From an uncultured Gammaproteobacteria bacterium (lineage in GTDB: Bacteria; Pseudomonadota; Gammaproteobacteria; Steroidobacterales; Steroidobacteraceae): DNA of 64,000 nucleotides. Location of the stretch: assembly GCA_963746545.1 (NCBI GenBank), contig CAVVBV010000029.1, positions 210,163 to 274,162 on the forward strand. The letters are read 5' to 3'. The notes below the pieces were generated by a model. That model worked only from the letters and a program-made list of their open reading frames with translations, had not been told where the DNA came from and did no database searches. Below are positions 37,639 through 46,923 of this stretch, piece by piece (positions within the stretch are counted from its first letter, which is position 1; each line of letters starts with the position of its first letter). The position numbers were made by a program, and so were the translations under genes.

Positions 37639-38130
37639 GTGGCACTGGGCTGCATGTTCATCGCGCACGCCCTGCTGAAATGCGTCGTCTACACGCTGTC
37701 CGAGTCGGCCCAGTACTTCGAATCGCTCGGCATTCCGGGCTGGCGCATCGTGGGAGTTGATTATTGCTGTGCTGGTGTATTGCACATCTGGGTACTACGG
37801 AGATGGCAGCGGAGTGTTGGATTTGGACTTACGTCGCACGATATGCTGTTATGCTATTCCAGGTTGCTCGCGAATCTCGTCGGCATATCCGGGCTAGCAT
37901 CGCTGTCGCCTACGTCGTCACGATTCGTCGAGATCGTCGGTGGCACGGCTGGTGCTCGGCATCGTCACGCTGGGCTGCCCGCCGCTGCTGCCGGTGCTCC
38001 TGGGAACGCGTGGGTGCACTCGGAATGGCGGCTCTTCACCTCTCCGAATGGAAGGCTGGGAATGTTCTGGAGCCTGGGCGCGGCGACGTTCGGGCTCGTG
38101 GCGGGCTCGCAATTCGGGCGGCGCTCACTG
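37639..38130 (+). pseudogene. DoxX-family membrane protein remnant with multiple frame disruptions
   Basis: DoxX-like segments are scattered over three frames: VALGCMFIAHALLKCVVYTLSESAQYFESLGIPGW, ASIAVAYVVTI, VEIVGG, ARLVLGIVTLG.PPLLPVLLGT, WVHSEW.LFTSPNG, GWE and FWSLGAATFGLVAG. The middle part (about 37740-37900) is visibly AT-enriched. The 3' limit is approximate. Confidence 0.5.
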
Positions 38131-40088
38131 ATCGAGCGCGTGCAGGCCAACTCGTTCGTCGAGGCGCAGGCGGCAGGCGGTGCGCCGGGCGTGTGGGCGC
38201 CCGCACAGGAGCTGACCGTCAAGGAACTGCGCCCGCTGGTGGAACGATTCATCGGCAGCAACCGCGCGGCGCGGCATTTCGCGGATCTCGGCTGGCGGGG
38301 CGGCGAGGACGCGCGCGCGAGCGCCCAGCAGCTCGAGGCGACGCAGAAGCTGCTCGCATCGGTCCTGGGCGCGTCATCCGCGCAGCGCCTCGTGGACGTG
38401 GCTGTCGCCGGGCGCGAGGTGCCGCTCGAGGACGTCGTGTCGATCGTCGACGAGGCCTCGCAGGCGCTCGAGTTCAGCCATGAACTGTTGCAGTCGTCAT
38501 TGGAAAACGTCAGTCAGGGCATCAGCGTGGTCGACGCGGAGCTGCGGCTCGTCGCATGGAATCGCCGATACGCCGAGTTCTACAGGTACCCGCCAGGTTT
38601 CCTGCGCATTGGCCAGCCGATCGAGGAATTGCTGCGTTGCAACGCGGAGCGCGGCGAACTGGGACCTGGCGACACGGACGAGCTCGTCGCGCGACGGCTT
38701 GGCCATCTGCAACGCGGCACCCCCTATACTTTCCAGCGCACGCGCCTCGACGGCACCGTGCTCGAGATCCGCGGCAATCCGATGCCCGGCGGGGGTTTCG
38801 TCACGAGCTTTGCGGACGTCACCGAGTACAAGCGTGCGGAAGAGGCGCTCCGGGTCGCGAACGAGTCACTCGAGCAGCGCGTGCGCGAACGCACGCGGGC
38901 GCTGTCCGCGATGAACGACGAATTGCTGGCGGCGAAAGCGGAGGCCGAACGCGCGAATGCCGGCAAGACGCGCTTCCTGGCCGCCGCTGGCCACGACCTG
39001 ATGCAGCCGCTCAACGCCGCGGGCCTGTTTGCCGGCGCGCTCGCGCAGAAAAGCCGGGGCGCGGAACAGCGTGCGCTGCTCGCCGACCTCGAGGAATGCC
39101 TGCATTCCGCCGAGGGCCTGATCTCCGACCTGCTGGACATTTCGCGGCTCGACACCGGCGCGATGCGGACGCAGGTCATGGACGTGCCACTCGCCAGCGT
39201 CTTCGATGCGCTCGACGCCGAGTTCCGCCTGACGGCCGGCAAGAGGCGCATTGCGCTCGCGGTCCACAGGAGCCGCGCGATCGTGCATTCAGATCCGAAA
39301 TTGCTGCGGCGCGTGCTGCAGAACTTCGTTGGCAACGCGCTGCGCTACACGCCCGCCGGGCGCGTGGTCGTCGGCGTGCGGCGCCGCGGCGGGCGCGTTC
39401 GTGTCGAAGTTTGGGATACCGGCATCGGCATCACCCCGGAGCAGCAGCCGCATGTATTCGAGGAGTTCTACCGCGGCAGCGGCCGGCGCGACGCTGATGA
39501 CACGCGCGGCTTCGGTCTCGGACTCGCGATGCTGAGCTCATTGCGTGCGTGCTCGGGCATGCGGTCGGATTGCGCTCGACGCCCGGCCGCGGCTCGGTCT
39601 TCTGGATCGAAGTCGAACGTGGCCAGACAACCGCACCGGTCGCCATTCCCGAGCCGCGCCAGCGCCCGACGGGTGCGCTGGCCGGCATCCGCGTGTTGTG
39701 CATCGACAACGACTCGGCGGCGCTCAGGGGCCTTGCCACATTGCTGAATTCCTGGGGCTGCGAAACGCTCGCGGCGCCGGGCATCGAGGACCTGGTTGAG
39801 CACCGGCGCCTGCAGGGCTTCCGGCCGCATGTCATCGTCGTGGACTACCATCTCGAAGGCGGCGTCACGGGACTCGATGTCGTACAGCATCTGCGCGCGG
39901 TCGAAGGCATTCGTGCGCCGGTGCTCGCGGTGTCGGCGGACGCGAGCGATTCCGTGCGCGCGGAGGCAGAGGCATTGGATTGCGTGTTCCTGCGCAAGCC
40001 CCTGAAGCCGCTCGCGGTGCGTAGCGCGCTTGCGCGACTGCTGGAAACTGCCCGGCCCGCCGCCAGTGACGACGCGGCGGCCTTGTGA
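38131..40088 (+). pseudogene. Hybrid sensor histidine kinase/response regulator (PAS-HisKA-HATPase-REC), apparently lacking its N-terminal sensor/membrane module, with a -1 frameshift
   Basis: PAS-like ...VSQGISVVDAELRLVAWNRRYAEFYRYPPG...EIRGNPMPGGGFVTSFADVTEYKRAEEAL. H-box FLAAAGHDLMQPLN, N-box NFVGNALRYTP, G1 VWDTGIGI, G2 GFGLGLA. The frame breaks at ~39529. It then continues AELIACVLGHAVGLRSTPGRGSVFWIEV plus a REC domain (VVDYHL...LRKPLKP). There is no own start codon or RBS; it is in frame with the DoxX remnant. The 5' limit is approximate. Confidence 0.6.
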
Positions 40089-40151
40089 CCCGAGAATCGA
40101 TTCGTGACGCCCAAACCGGCAACTGCCGCTGCGAGCGCCCGTCCCCGGGCG

Positions 40152-40808
40152 TTAACGCGCAGGCGACTGACCGGGATCGGCGATTTCGAGTTCGCGGAAC
40201 ACGAGTGAAGCCTGGGTCCGGTTGCGCACGCCGAGCTTCGCGAGCGCGGCGGAGACATGCGCCTTGACGGTCGTCTCCTCGATCGAGAGCTCGGCGGCAA
40301 TCTGCTTGTTGAGACGGCCGAGCGCGACCAGTTCAAGCACGCGGTATTGCTGCGGCGTCAGGCTGTTGAACCGCGCTGCGAGCAGTTCCTTGCCCTCGGC
40401 CGGGCGGCGCGCGGAGAGCGCGGTGCCGGGCGGGAACCACTGGCCGCAATGCGCCACCGTGCGGATTGCCGTGATCAGATCGACCTGCGCGACCGACTTG
40501 GGGACATAGCCGGCGGCGCCAAATGTCCGCGCCTGGGCGATCACGTCCGGATCCTCGTTGGCCGAGACGATCATCACTGCCGTTCCCGGGAACTGATTCC
40601 GCAGCCACGCGAGCGGTGCAAAACTCTTCGCACCCGGCATCAGCAGGTCGAGCAGCACGAGGTCGGGTTCCGGCAGGGCGCTTGCTGCCGCGCGCAGCGA
40701 ATCGACGTCGTGAGCCTCGGTCGTCTCGGCGTCCGGCACGGCCTGAAAAGAGCGCCGGCGTAACGCGGCCCGGAACAACGGATGGTCGTCCGCGATGAGA
40801 ACCCGCAT
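40152..40808 (-). CDS. LuxR/FixJ (NarL-type) response regulator
   Basis: 218 aa. REC domain MRVLIADDHPLFR...LVLLDLLMPG and a C-terminal HTH LTPQQYRVLELVALGRLNKQIAAELSIEETTVKAHVS. Confidence 0.85.
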   Translation of the reverse strand: MRVLIADDHPLFRAALRRRSFQAVPDAETTEAHDVDSLRAAASALPEPDLVLLDLLMPGAKSFAPLAWLRNQFPGTAVMIVSANEDPDVIAQARTFGAAGYVPKSVAQVDLITAIRTVAHCGQWFPPGTALSARRPAEGKELLAARFNSLTPQQYRVLELVALGRLNKQIAAELSIEETTVKAHVSAALAKLGVRNRTQASLVFRELEIADPGQSPAR

Positions 40809-40817
40809 GCGCGTATC

Positions 40818-41702
40818 TTAGAGCGCCGTGCGCGAAATCACATCGCAGACGGCCGCGATCGCTGCGCCGCGCGTCGTCGAGCGGCGCCAGGCGGCGCCGA
40901 TCACGCGCGACGGCGAGGGCGGCGCAAACGGCCGCACGACCAGTCCGCGCGCGGCCGCGAACGGGCCTTCGGCGGAGAGCCGCGGCAACAGCGTGAGGCC
41001 GAGTCCCGCCGCGACCATCTGCCGCAGCGTCTCGAGGCTGGTCGCGCCGAAATCCTGCTCCTCCGTTCCCACCCTGCGGCAGACCTCGAGCGCCTGGTCG
41101 CGCAGGCAATGGCCGTCCTCGAGCAGCAGCAGTTTCTCGCCCGCGAGATCGGCGGGCTTCAGCCGGCGACGTGCCGCCAGGCGGTGACGCTCCGGCATCG
41201 CGACGAGGAAAGCCTCCGCGAACAGCGATCGCGTTTCGAGCCCCTGCGTGTCTGCGGGCAGCGCCAGCAACGCGAGATCGAGCTCCCCGTCCCTGACGCG
41301 CGCGAGCAGCGGCTCGGTCTGGTGCTCGTGCAGCAGCAGTTGCAGCTTCGGCAGCGCGCGCTGCAGGCGCGGCGCAACGCGCGGCAGCAGGTAGGGCCCG
41401 AGCGTCGGGATCAGGCCGATCTTGAGCTGTCCGCCCAGCGGATCCTGGCTGGCGCGGGCGAGGGCGCGGATGTCCTCGGCGTCGCGCAGCATGCGCCGCG
41501 CGCGCTCGACCACCGCGACGCCGGCCGCCGTCAGCGCGACATCCCGCGGCCGGCGCTCGATCAGCGTGACGCCGAGGTATTCCTCCAGCTTCTTCAGCTG
41601 GGCGGACAGCGTCGGCTGGCTGACATGGCATTTTCGCGCGGCGCGGCCGAAATGCCGGGTTTCTGCCAGCGCCACGAGATATTGAAGATCGCGGAGGTTC
41701 AA
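40818..41702 (-). CDS. oxyR: LysR-family hydrogen-peroxide sensor OxyR
   Basis: 294 aa from TTG 41702: (M)NLRDLQYLVALAETRHFGRAARKCHVSQPTLSAQLKKLE. Redox cysteine pair in LLEDGHCLRDQALEVC with OxyR-type spacing. The upstream part of the 478-aa track ORF was dropped. Confidence 0.8.
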   Translation of the reverse strand: MNLRDLQYLVALAETRHFGRAARKCHVSQPTLSAQLKKLEEYLGVTLIERRPRDVALTAAGVAVVERARRMLRDAEDIRALARASQDPLGGQLKIGLIPTLGPYLLPRVAPRLQRALPKLQLLLHEHQTEPLLARVRDGELDLALLALPADTQGLETRSLFAEAFLVAMPERHRLAARRRLKPADLAGEKLLLLEDGHCLRDQALEVCRRVGTEEQDFGATSLETLRQMVAAGLGLTLLPRLSAEGPFAAARGLVVRPFAPPSPSRVIGAAWRRSTTRGAAIAAVCDVISRTAL

Positions 41703-41711
41703 GTTCTGTGC

Positions 41712-41748
41712 ATAGTCAAAGGCTATCGAACAGAAGATAACAATCGAT
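41712..41748. promoter_or_regulatory. OxyR-type operator candidate in the oxyR divergent promoter
   Basis: ATAG-N7-CTAT (41712-41726), 7 nt, then AAGA-N7-CGAT (41734-41748). This approximates the tetranucleotide-spaced OxyR consensus ATAGnt-N5-anCTAT x2. It lies 10 nt upstream of the oxyR start. Confidence 0.4.
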
Positions 41749-41891
41749 GATCCTGATTGCCAGCCCCAGCCCATCCCGGCCCCAACCCGATCCGGCCGCT
41801 TTCTTGCGTCGCCGGCGCCGGCAGCGCAACATTCTCCCTTCACGCGCCCGCAAGAGGCGCGATCAGCGGACTCGCAGCCCCGAGGGGGAGC

Positions 41892-42347
41892 ATGAGCTGG
41901 AAGATCACCCTGGCCGGCGGCGCCGTCTATTACCTCGCCATGTTCGGCGTGTCGATGTTCACGGGCTATTTCATCCATTCGCAGGATGGCGTGCTGGCCG
42001 AGGTGTACCGCGCGACTGCGCCGTTCTGGCGTCCCGAACTCAGCGCGAATCCGCCGGACTTCGGCGTGATGTTCAAGATGTGGATTCCGTCCGGACTGGC
42101 CGGCGCCATGCTGCTGGCGGGCGTTTACTCGGTGGTTCGACAGTCGCTTGCAGGCGCTGCCTGGAAGCGCGGGCTGAAATTCGGCGTCATCGCCGCCATC
42201 TTCGGGTTCGTCGGCATCCTGGGCTATCGGGGGCTGTTCAACCTGCCGGATCAACTCTGGGTCTGGTGGACGATCGGCGCGACGATCATCAACCTGGCCG
42301 GCGGCATCGTGCTCGGCTGGATTGCGCAGAAACTCGTGCCGGCATGA
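41892..42347 (+). CDS. Hypothetical integral membrane protein
   Basis: 151 aa from ATG 41892, preceded by GGGGGAG. About four hydrophobic helices. The track ORF upstream extension was dropped. Confidence 0.5.
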   Translation: MSWKITLAGGAVYYLAMFGVSMFTGYFIHSQDGVLAEVYRATAPFWRPELSANPPDFGVMFKMWIPSGLAGAMLLAGVYSVVRQSLAGAAWKRGLKFGVIAAIFGFVGILGYRGLFNLPDQLWVWWTIGATIINLAGGIVLGWIAQKLVPA

Positions 42348-43183
42348 GTCTCGCCACCCTCGACGCGAAATTTCCGCAGAAGCGCGCGCTGATCACCGGC
42401 GGCGCGAGCGGACTCGGACTTGCGACCGCGGAACTGCTTGCCGCGCGCGGCTGGCGGCTCGGCCTGCTGGACCGCGACGCGACCCGCCTCGCCGCCGTCG
42501 CCGCCGACCTGCGCACGAGGGGTACGCCGCTCTGTGAGGTCTACGCGGTGGACGTGACGGTCGAGGCTGCGGTGAAATCCGCGGTCGACGATTTCGCGGC
42601 GCACTGCGGCGGGCTCGATTTCGCGATGAACTCGGCCGGCGTCGCGGTCGCCGGCGGGATCCTGGAGACGCCCGCGGCGGACTGGAACTGGATCATGGAC
42701 ATCAACGTGATGGGCGTCGCGCATTCCTGCCGCGCGGAACTGCCGCACATGGTCGCCTCGGGCGGCGGCCTCATCGTCAACATCGCAAGCGCGGCGAGCT
42801 TCGCGTGCACCTCGAATTCGAGCGCCTACAGCGCCTCGAAAGCGGCGGTCGTGGCGCTCTCGGAAACGCTGTACCAGGAATTCGCGGACCGGCGGGTACG
42901 TGTCGTCGCTGCGATGCCTGGCTTCTTCCGCACGCGGCTGATGGAACATGCCCGTGCGCCGGCCGGCGCGGCAGGATTCGCGCAGAAAATGATGCAGGCG
43001 TCGAACCTGGAGGCGGATGCGGTCGCACTCGAGATCGTCTCGCGCGCCGCCGCCGGCGCAACGCATATCGTGCTGCCGGCGCGCTATCGCTGGCTGTGGC
43101 GCTTCAAGCGCCTCGCGCCGCGGACCTACCTGGACTGGATGGTGTCGGTGCAAAGGCGCTACGCTGCCCGTGCCCGCAAATGA
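42344..43183 (+). CDS. Short-chain dehydrogenase/reductase (SDR)
   Basis: 279 aa from ATG 42344 (ATGA overlap). TGGASGLG cofactor motif, NSAG, and the YSASK catalytic motif. Confidence 0.85.
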   Translation: MSLATLDAKFPQKRALITGGASGLGLATAELLAARGWRLGLLDRDATRLAAVAADLRTRGTPLCEVYAVDVTVEAAVKSAVDDFAAHCGGLDFAMNSAGVAVAGGILETPAADWNWIMDINVMGVAHSCRAELPHMVASGGGLIVNIASAASFACTSNSSAYSASKAAVVALSETLYQEFADRRVRVVAAMPGFFRTRLMEHARAPAGAAGFAQKMMQASNLEADAVALEIVSRAAAGATHIVLPARYRWLWRFKRLAPRTYLDWMVSVQRRYAARARK

Positions 43184-43190
43184 GGCAACC

Positions 43191-43682
43191 ATGTACCTGC
43201 CGGTAAAACTGCTGCACATCGTCGCGGTCATCGCGTTTCTCGGCAACATCACGACCGGGCTCTTCTGGCACATGCACGCGGCGCGCACGCGCGATGCGCG
43301 CCTCCTCGCGCACACGATGAACGGCATCATCCGCAGCGACCGGCTGTTCACGATGCCGGGCGTCTTCGTGATCATCGCGACGGGAATCCTCACGGCGATC
43401 GCCGGCGGCCTGCCGCTCCTGCGCACCGGCTGGATCCTCTGGACGCTCGTGCTGTTCGCGATCTCGGGCCTGATCTTCATGGCCTTCGTCGGGCCGTTGC
43501 AGCGCCGGCTCCTCGCGCTCGCGCAGGCGGGCTCGACGCAGGGGATTTTCGATTACGCGGGCTACGCGGCCGTGGCGCGACGCTGGGAATTCTGGGGCGC
43601 GGCTGCGTTGCTGACGCCCGCTGCGGGCCTCGTGCTGATGGTCCTGAAGCCGGCGCTCTGGGCGGTCGGCAGGCCCGGCTAG
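43191..43682 (+). CDS. DUF2269-like integral membrane protein
   Basis: 163 aa from ATG 43191. MYLPVKLLHIVAVIAFLGNITTGLFW... with four TM helices. Confidence 0.6.
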   Translation: MYLPVKLLHIVAVIAFLGNITTGLFWHMHAARTRDARLLAHTMNGIIRSDRLFTMPGVFVIIATGILTAIAGGLPLLRTGWILWTLVLFAISGLIFMAFVGPLQRRLLALAQAGSTQGIFDYAGYAAVARRWEFWGAAALLTPAAGLVLMVLKPALWAVGRPG

Positions 43683-44104
43683 TCGAGCGCGCGCAGCGCC
43701 TCGAGCGTCGTCTGTCGCAGAACGTCGATCGCCCCGTCGATGCGCTGAAACGCCGCGTCGTCTTCGACGAGCCCGGTAGAATCGGATTGCCAGACGGTCT
43801 TCAACTCACCTGCGTCCCGGGCAACCTCGGCGGGCATCAGCGCGGCCAGGTCGTTGATCGTCAGCATGTCGGCCCAGCCCATGCGCGGGTCCCCGCGCTG
43901 GTCGCCTTGCGCGTAGTGGGCGTAGAAAATGATCTGCTGCAGCGAGCCGACCTGGGTCAGCAACTGGAAGCCGGCGGCGCGGATGTTGCGGTTGTGCTCG
44001 GTCCGCTCGTTGCGCCAGGTGTTGTAGCCGAGCGCCGACAGCGCAATGACGAGGCTGATGAGCGCCACCATGTTGCTGCGGAGCTGTTCGCGCATGTCCG
44101 GCAT
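43679..44104 (-). CDS. Hypothetical membrane-anchored protein
   Basis: 141 aa. A single N-terminal TM (MVALISLVIALSALGY) and normal amino-acid composition. No family recognised. Confidence 0.45.
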   Translation of the reverse strand: MPDMREQLRSNMVALISLVIALSALGYNTWRNERTEHNRNIRAAGFQLLTQVGSLQQIIFYAHYAQGDQRGDPRMGWADMLTINDLAALMPAEVARDAGELKTVWQSDSTGLVEDDAAFQRIDGAIDVLRQTTLEALRALD

Positions 44105-44164
44105 GGCTTGATGTTAGCGCAGCTGCGAAGGCGCTAGTATTCAGCCCGGGAACCGGGGAAACCA

Positions 44165-44575
44165 TTGGCCAGGCTCGAGAACACAGGTAACCGGGGGCTG
44201 CCTCCGCCGCCAGCCGCCACGCGGCGCGGCGCGAATCCATGGCGGCTCTCCGACACCGCGCGCAGGCCGGAGACGGCGCAGCCGTCGGTAAGCCCGCAGC
44301 TGCTCGAGGAACTGATGAAGAGGGTTCCCGCGGCGGACGTGGCTGCCCGCGAATCCGCGCCGGCCAGGGCCACCGCCAAGCGTGCGCGACCCGGGCTGAT
44401 CGGCCTCGTGATGATCCTGATCGCCGGTTCGATCGTGTTTCGCCTGTTCTTCGACAGGCGGGGCGACGGCGACTGGGTCAAGTTCATCGGCCCGCTGATC
44501 TTCATCGCGATCGTCGCGCACGGCCTGTGGCGGTCCCGACAGCGCCGCGAGGAAGATAAGCCTAGCCAGGGCTGA
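44165..44575 (+). CDS. Hypothetical small membrane protein (start uncertain; may be ATG 44315)
   Basis: Two TM helices (GLIGLVMILIAGSIVFRLFF and FIGPLIFIAIVAHGLW). The N-terminal 50 aa of the track ORF are Pro/Arg-rich and doubtful. Confidence 0.3.
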   Translation: MARLENTGNRGLPPPPAATRRGANPWRLSDTARRPETAQPSVSPQLLEELMKRVPAADVAARESAPARATAKRARPGLIGLVMILIAGSIVFRLFFDRRGDGDWVKFIGPLIFIAIVAHGLWRSRQRREEDKPSQG

Positions 44576-45164
44576 GCGGCTGCTTCCAGACCAGCGTCTG
44601 GTTGTTGGCCGGCATGCGATGGTCGGCCTGCAGCACGAAGCCGATGCCGCGCGCCAGCGCATCCACCGCCTCGAAATCGCGGATGCCGCTCGCGGGATCC
44701 CGCGCCCGCAGCATCTCGTCGAAGGATGCGTTGCTCTCCGAAGTGTATTTTCCCGCGTAACGGAACGGCCCGTAGACTACGAATACGGTGCCGGGTTTCA
44801 GGATCGCAGGAAGGTTTGCGAAAAACGCCTCGACCTCGCGCCAGCTCATGATATGGAGCGTGTTCGCCATGAACACGCCGTCCACGCGCCGCAGGTCCCA
44901 GGGCGGCTGCGTGACGTCGAGTTCGACCGGCGCACGCAGGTTCTTCGGCCCCTCGTAGACGATGCGCTTGCGCAGCCCCGGCATTTCCTCCGCGCGCTCG
45001 CTCGGCTGCCAGACCAGCCACGGCATTTCATTCGCGAAATGCACCGCATGCTGTCCCGTGCCGCTGCCGATCTCGAGGACGTGCTTGCAGCCCGCGAAGG
45101 CCTCGCGCAGGACCTCGAGTATCGGGCCCTTGTTGCGTTCGCAGGCGTCGGAATACGGAAGCAT
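44562..45164 (-). CDS. DUF938-family SAM-dependent methyltransferase-like protein
   Basis: 200 aa. MLPYSDACERNKGPILEVL...VLEIGSGTGQH...ANTLHIMSW are typical DUF938 blocks. Confidence 0.75.
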   Translation of the reverse strand: MLPYSDACERNKGPILEVLREAFAGCKHVLEIGSGTGQHAVHFANEMPWLVWQPSERAEEMPGLRKRIVYEGPKNLRAPVELDVTQPPWDLRRVDGVFMANTLHIMSWREVEAFFANLPAILKPGTVFVVYGPFRYAGKYTSESNASFDEMLRARDPASGIRDFEAVDALARGIGFVLQADHRMPANNQTLVWKQPLSPG

Positions 45165-45189
45165 CGGGACAGTATCGCGCGATCGGGAT

Positions 45190-46077
45190 TCAGGCGAGTG
45201 CGAGGGTCCAGGCGCAAACGAGCAGTAATGCCGCCGCCAGTCCCGCCGCCCATTGCAGTCCGCTGCGCCCGGGCCGCGGCATCGGGAGCTTCGCGCACAG
45301 CGCGCCGATGCCGGTGCCGACCACGAAACCGGCCAGGTGCGCCAGGATGTCGGTGTTCTCGCCGCCGGTGCCGGTGAAGGCGAGGAGCGCGACGCCGCCG
45401 ATCAGGGGCGCCGTCCGGCGCAGCCACGGCGCCCAGTTCCGCAGGTTCCGGCGCCAGCCATAGGCCGCGATCAGGCCAAGCGCCGTGAACACAGCCGTGG
45501 AGGCGCCGAGCAGGTAGTGATCGGGCGGATGCAGCATCGCGTCCACGCCATAGGCGACGCCGCCGCCCAGCAGGATCAGCAGCCACGCAACGCCGGGCCC
45601 GAACAGGCGCGCCGCGGGATAGCCGAACAGCGCCCCGAAGGCGAGGTTGGAAAGCAGGTGCGGCAGGTCGGCGTGCAGGGTCAGGGCAGTCAGCACGCGC
45701 CAGGGCTCGCGGCGATGCAGGAAACCGGCATCCAGCACGCCTGCGGAATGCCAGTTGTGCCCGCCCAGGTGTGCGACCGACGCGATCGTGACCGCGATCA
45801 GGACCAGCGCGTAGCCGTACACGCCGTAGATCGCGTGCGGGTGATTCGGCCAGACGACGGGGGCCGCCGGCGGACGGCGGTTCTCGCGCAGGTAATGCTG
45901 CAGCTCGAATGCCGCGCGGGCGTGATCGGCGGGCTGGACCCACAGGCTCGAGCCCTCGACCGTGGTCCGCCGCTCGTAGGGAATGCCGACGGCGTCCAGC
46001 ACCAGCGCCCAGTCGGCGCAGGCAGCGGGCGTGAGCTCGGTGGTCAGGGGGATCATCGGAGCGGGAACCGCAATCAT
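45190..46077 (-). CDS. Rhomboid-family intramembrane serine protease
   Basis: 295 aa. HADLPHLLSNL (H-x4-H-x3-N-like) and the GASTAVF serine motif. Multiple TM helices plus an N-terminal cytoplasmic domain. Confidence 0.8.
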   Translation of the reverse strand: MIAVPAPMIPLTTELTPAACADWALVLDAVGIPYERRTTVEGSSLWVQPADHARAAFELQHYLRENRRPPAAPVVWPNHPHAIYGVYGYALVLIAVTIASVAHLGGHNWHSAGVLDAGFLHRREPWRVLTALTLHADLPHLLSNLAFGALFGYPAARLFGPGVAWLLILLGGGVAYGVDAMLHPPDHYLLGASTAVFTALGLIAAYGWRRNLRNWAPWLRRTAPLIGGVALLAFTGTGGENTDILAHLAGFVVGTGIGALCAKLPMPRPGRSGLQWAAGLAAALLLVCAWTLALA

Positions 46078-46135
46078 GGCTGGAGGGTCTTGCTACATGG
46101 TGCCTATCGGGAAAGTATCAACTAGAGTAGCGCCC

Positions 46136-46921
46136 ATGTACGCAGAGAAGCGCGGGCCGCCACCGGAACCGGACGAGCAGCTGGGCCGCTGGATCCTCGG
46201 CGGAGTGGTCCTGATCGCGGTCGCCGCCGGCATCTGGTTCTGGCAGAAGCGCCACCCGGCCGAAGACGTGCCGCCGGTCACCGCCGAGGCGATCGCGACC
46301 GACGAGCCGAAGATCCTCCATCCGATCGAACCCACGGCGGATGACGGTGCCAACCTGTCGGCTTCAGACCGGATCGCGGCGCTGGTCGGCGCGCCGCGCT
46401 TTGCGGCGATGTTCGTTCCCGACGACATCGTGCGCCGCATCGTCGCGACCGTGGACAACCTGCCGCGCCAGAAAGTCGCGATGCAACTGTCGCCGGCGAA
46501 GCCGCCGGCGGGAAATTTCGTCGCCGTCGGCGGCGAGGACAACCTGGTGCTCGGCGCCGCGAACTTCGAGCGCTACACGCCGTGGATCGAACTGGTCGAC
46601 TCGCTCGACCCGGATGCGACCTTCGAGTTGTACCGGCGGCTGTACCCGCAGTTCCAGGCGGCCTACGAGGCGCTCGGCAATCCGGACGGCTATTTCAACG
46701 ATCGCGTGATCGAGGTCATCGACCACCTGCTCGAAACACCGGAGCCGCCGGAGACGATCACGCTGAAGCGGCCGAACGTGCTGTATGAATTCGCGGATCC
46801 CGGGCTCGAGTCGGAATCGGCGGGCCGCAAGCTGCTCCTGCGCATGGGCCCGGGCAATGCCGCGCGCGTCAAGATGAAACTCCGCGACCTGCGTGACCGG
46901 CTGGCGTCGCAGAAGAACTGA
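46136..46921 (+). CDS. DUF3014-like protein (single TM)
   Basis: 261 aa from ATG 46136. TM helix ILGGVVLIAVAAGIWFW and conserved blocks ...DNLPRQKVAMQLSP..., ...YPQFQAAYEALGNPDGYFNDR.... Confidence 0.65.
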   Translation: MYAEKRGPPPEPDEQLGRWILGGVVLIAVAAGIWFWQKRHPAEDVPPVTAEAIATDEPKILHPIEPTADDGANLSASDRIAALVGAPRFAAMFVPDDIVRRIVATVDNLPRQKVAMQLSPAKPPAGNFVAVGGEDNLVLGAANFERYTPWIELVDSLDPDATFELYRRLYPQFQAAYEALGNPDGYFNDRVIEVIDHLLETPEPPETITLKRPNVLYEFADPGLESESAGRKLLLRMGPGNAARVKMKLRDLRDRLASQKN

Positions 46922-46923
46922 CT

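Noticed and set aside
36400-38200. A+T island as an insertion sequence, integron cassette or prophage remnant.
   Set aside because: I could identify no transposase, integrase or recombinase ORF, no terminal inverted repeats, no target-site duplication and no adjacent tRNA.
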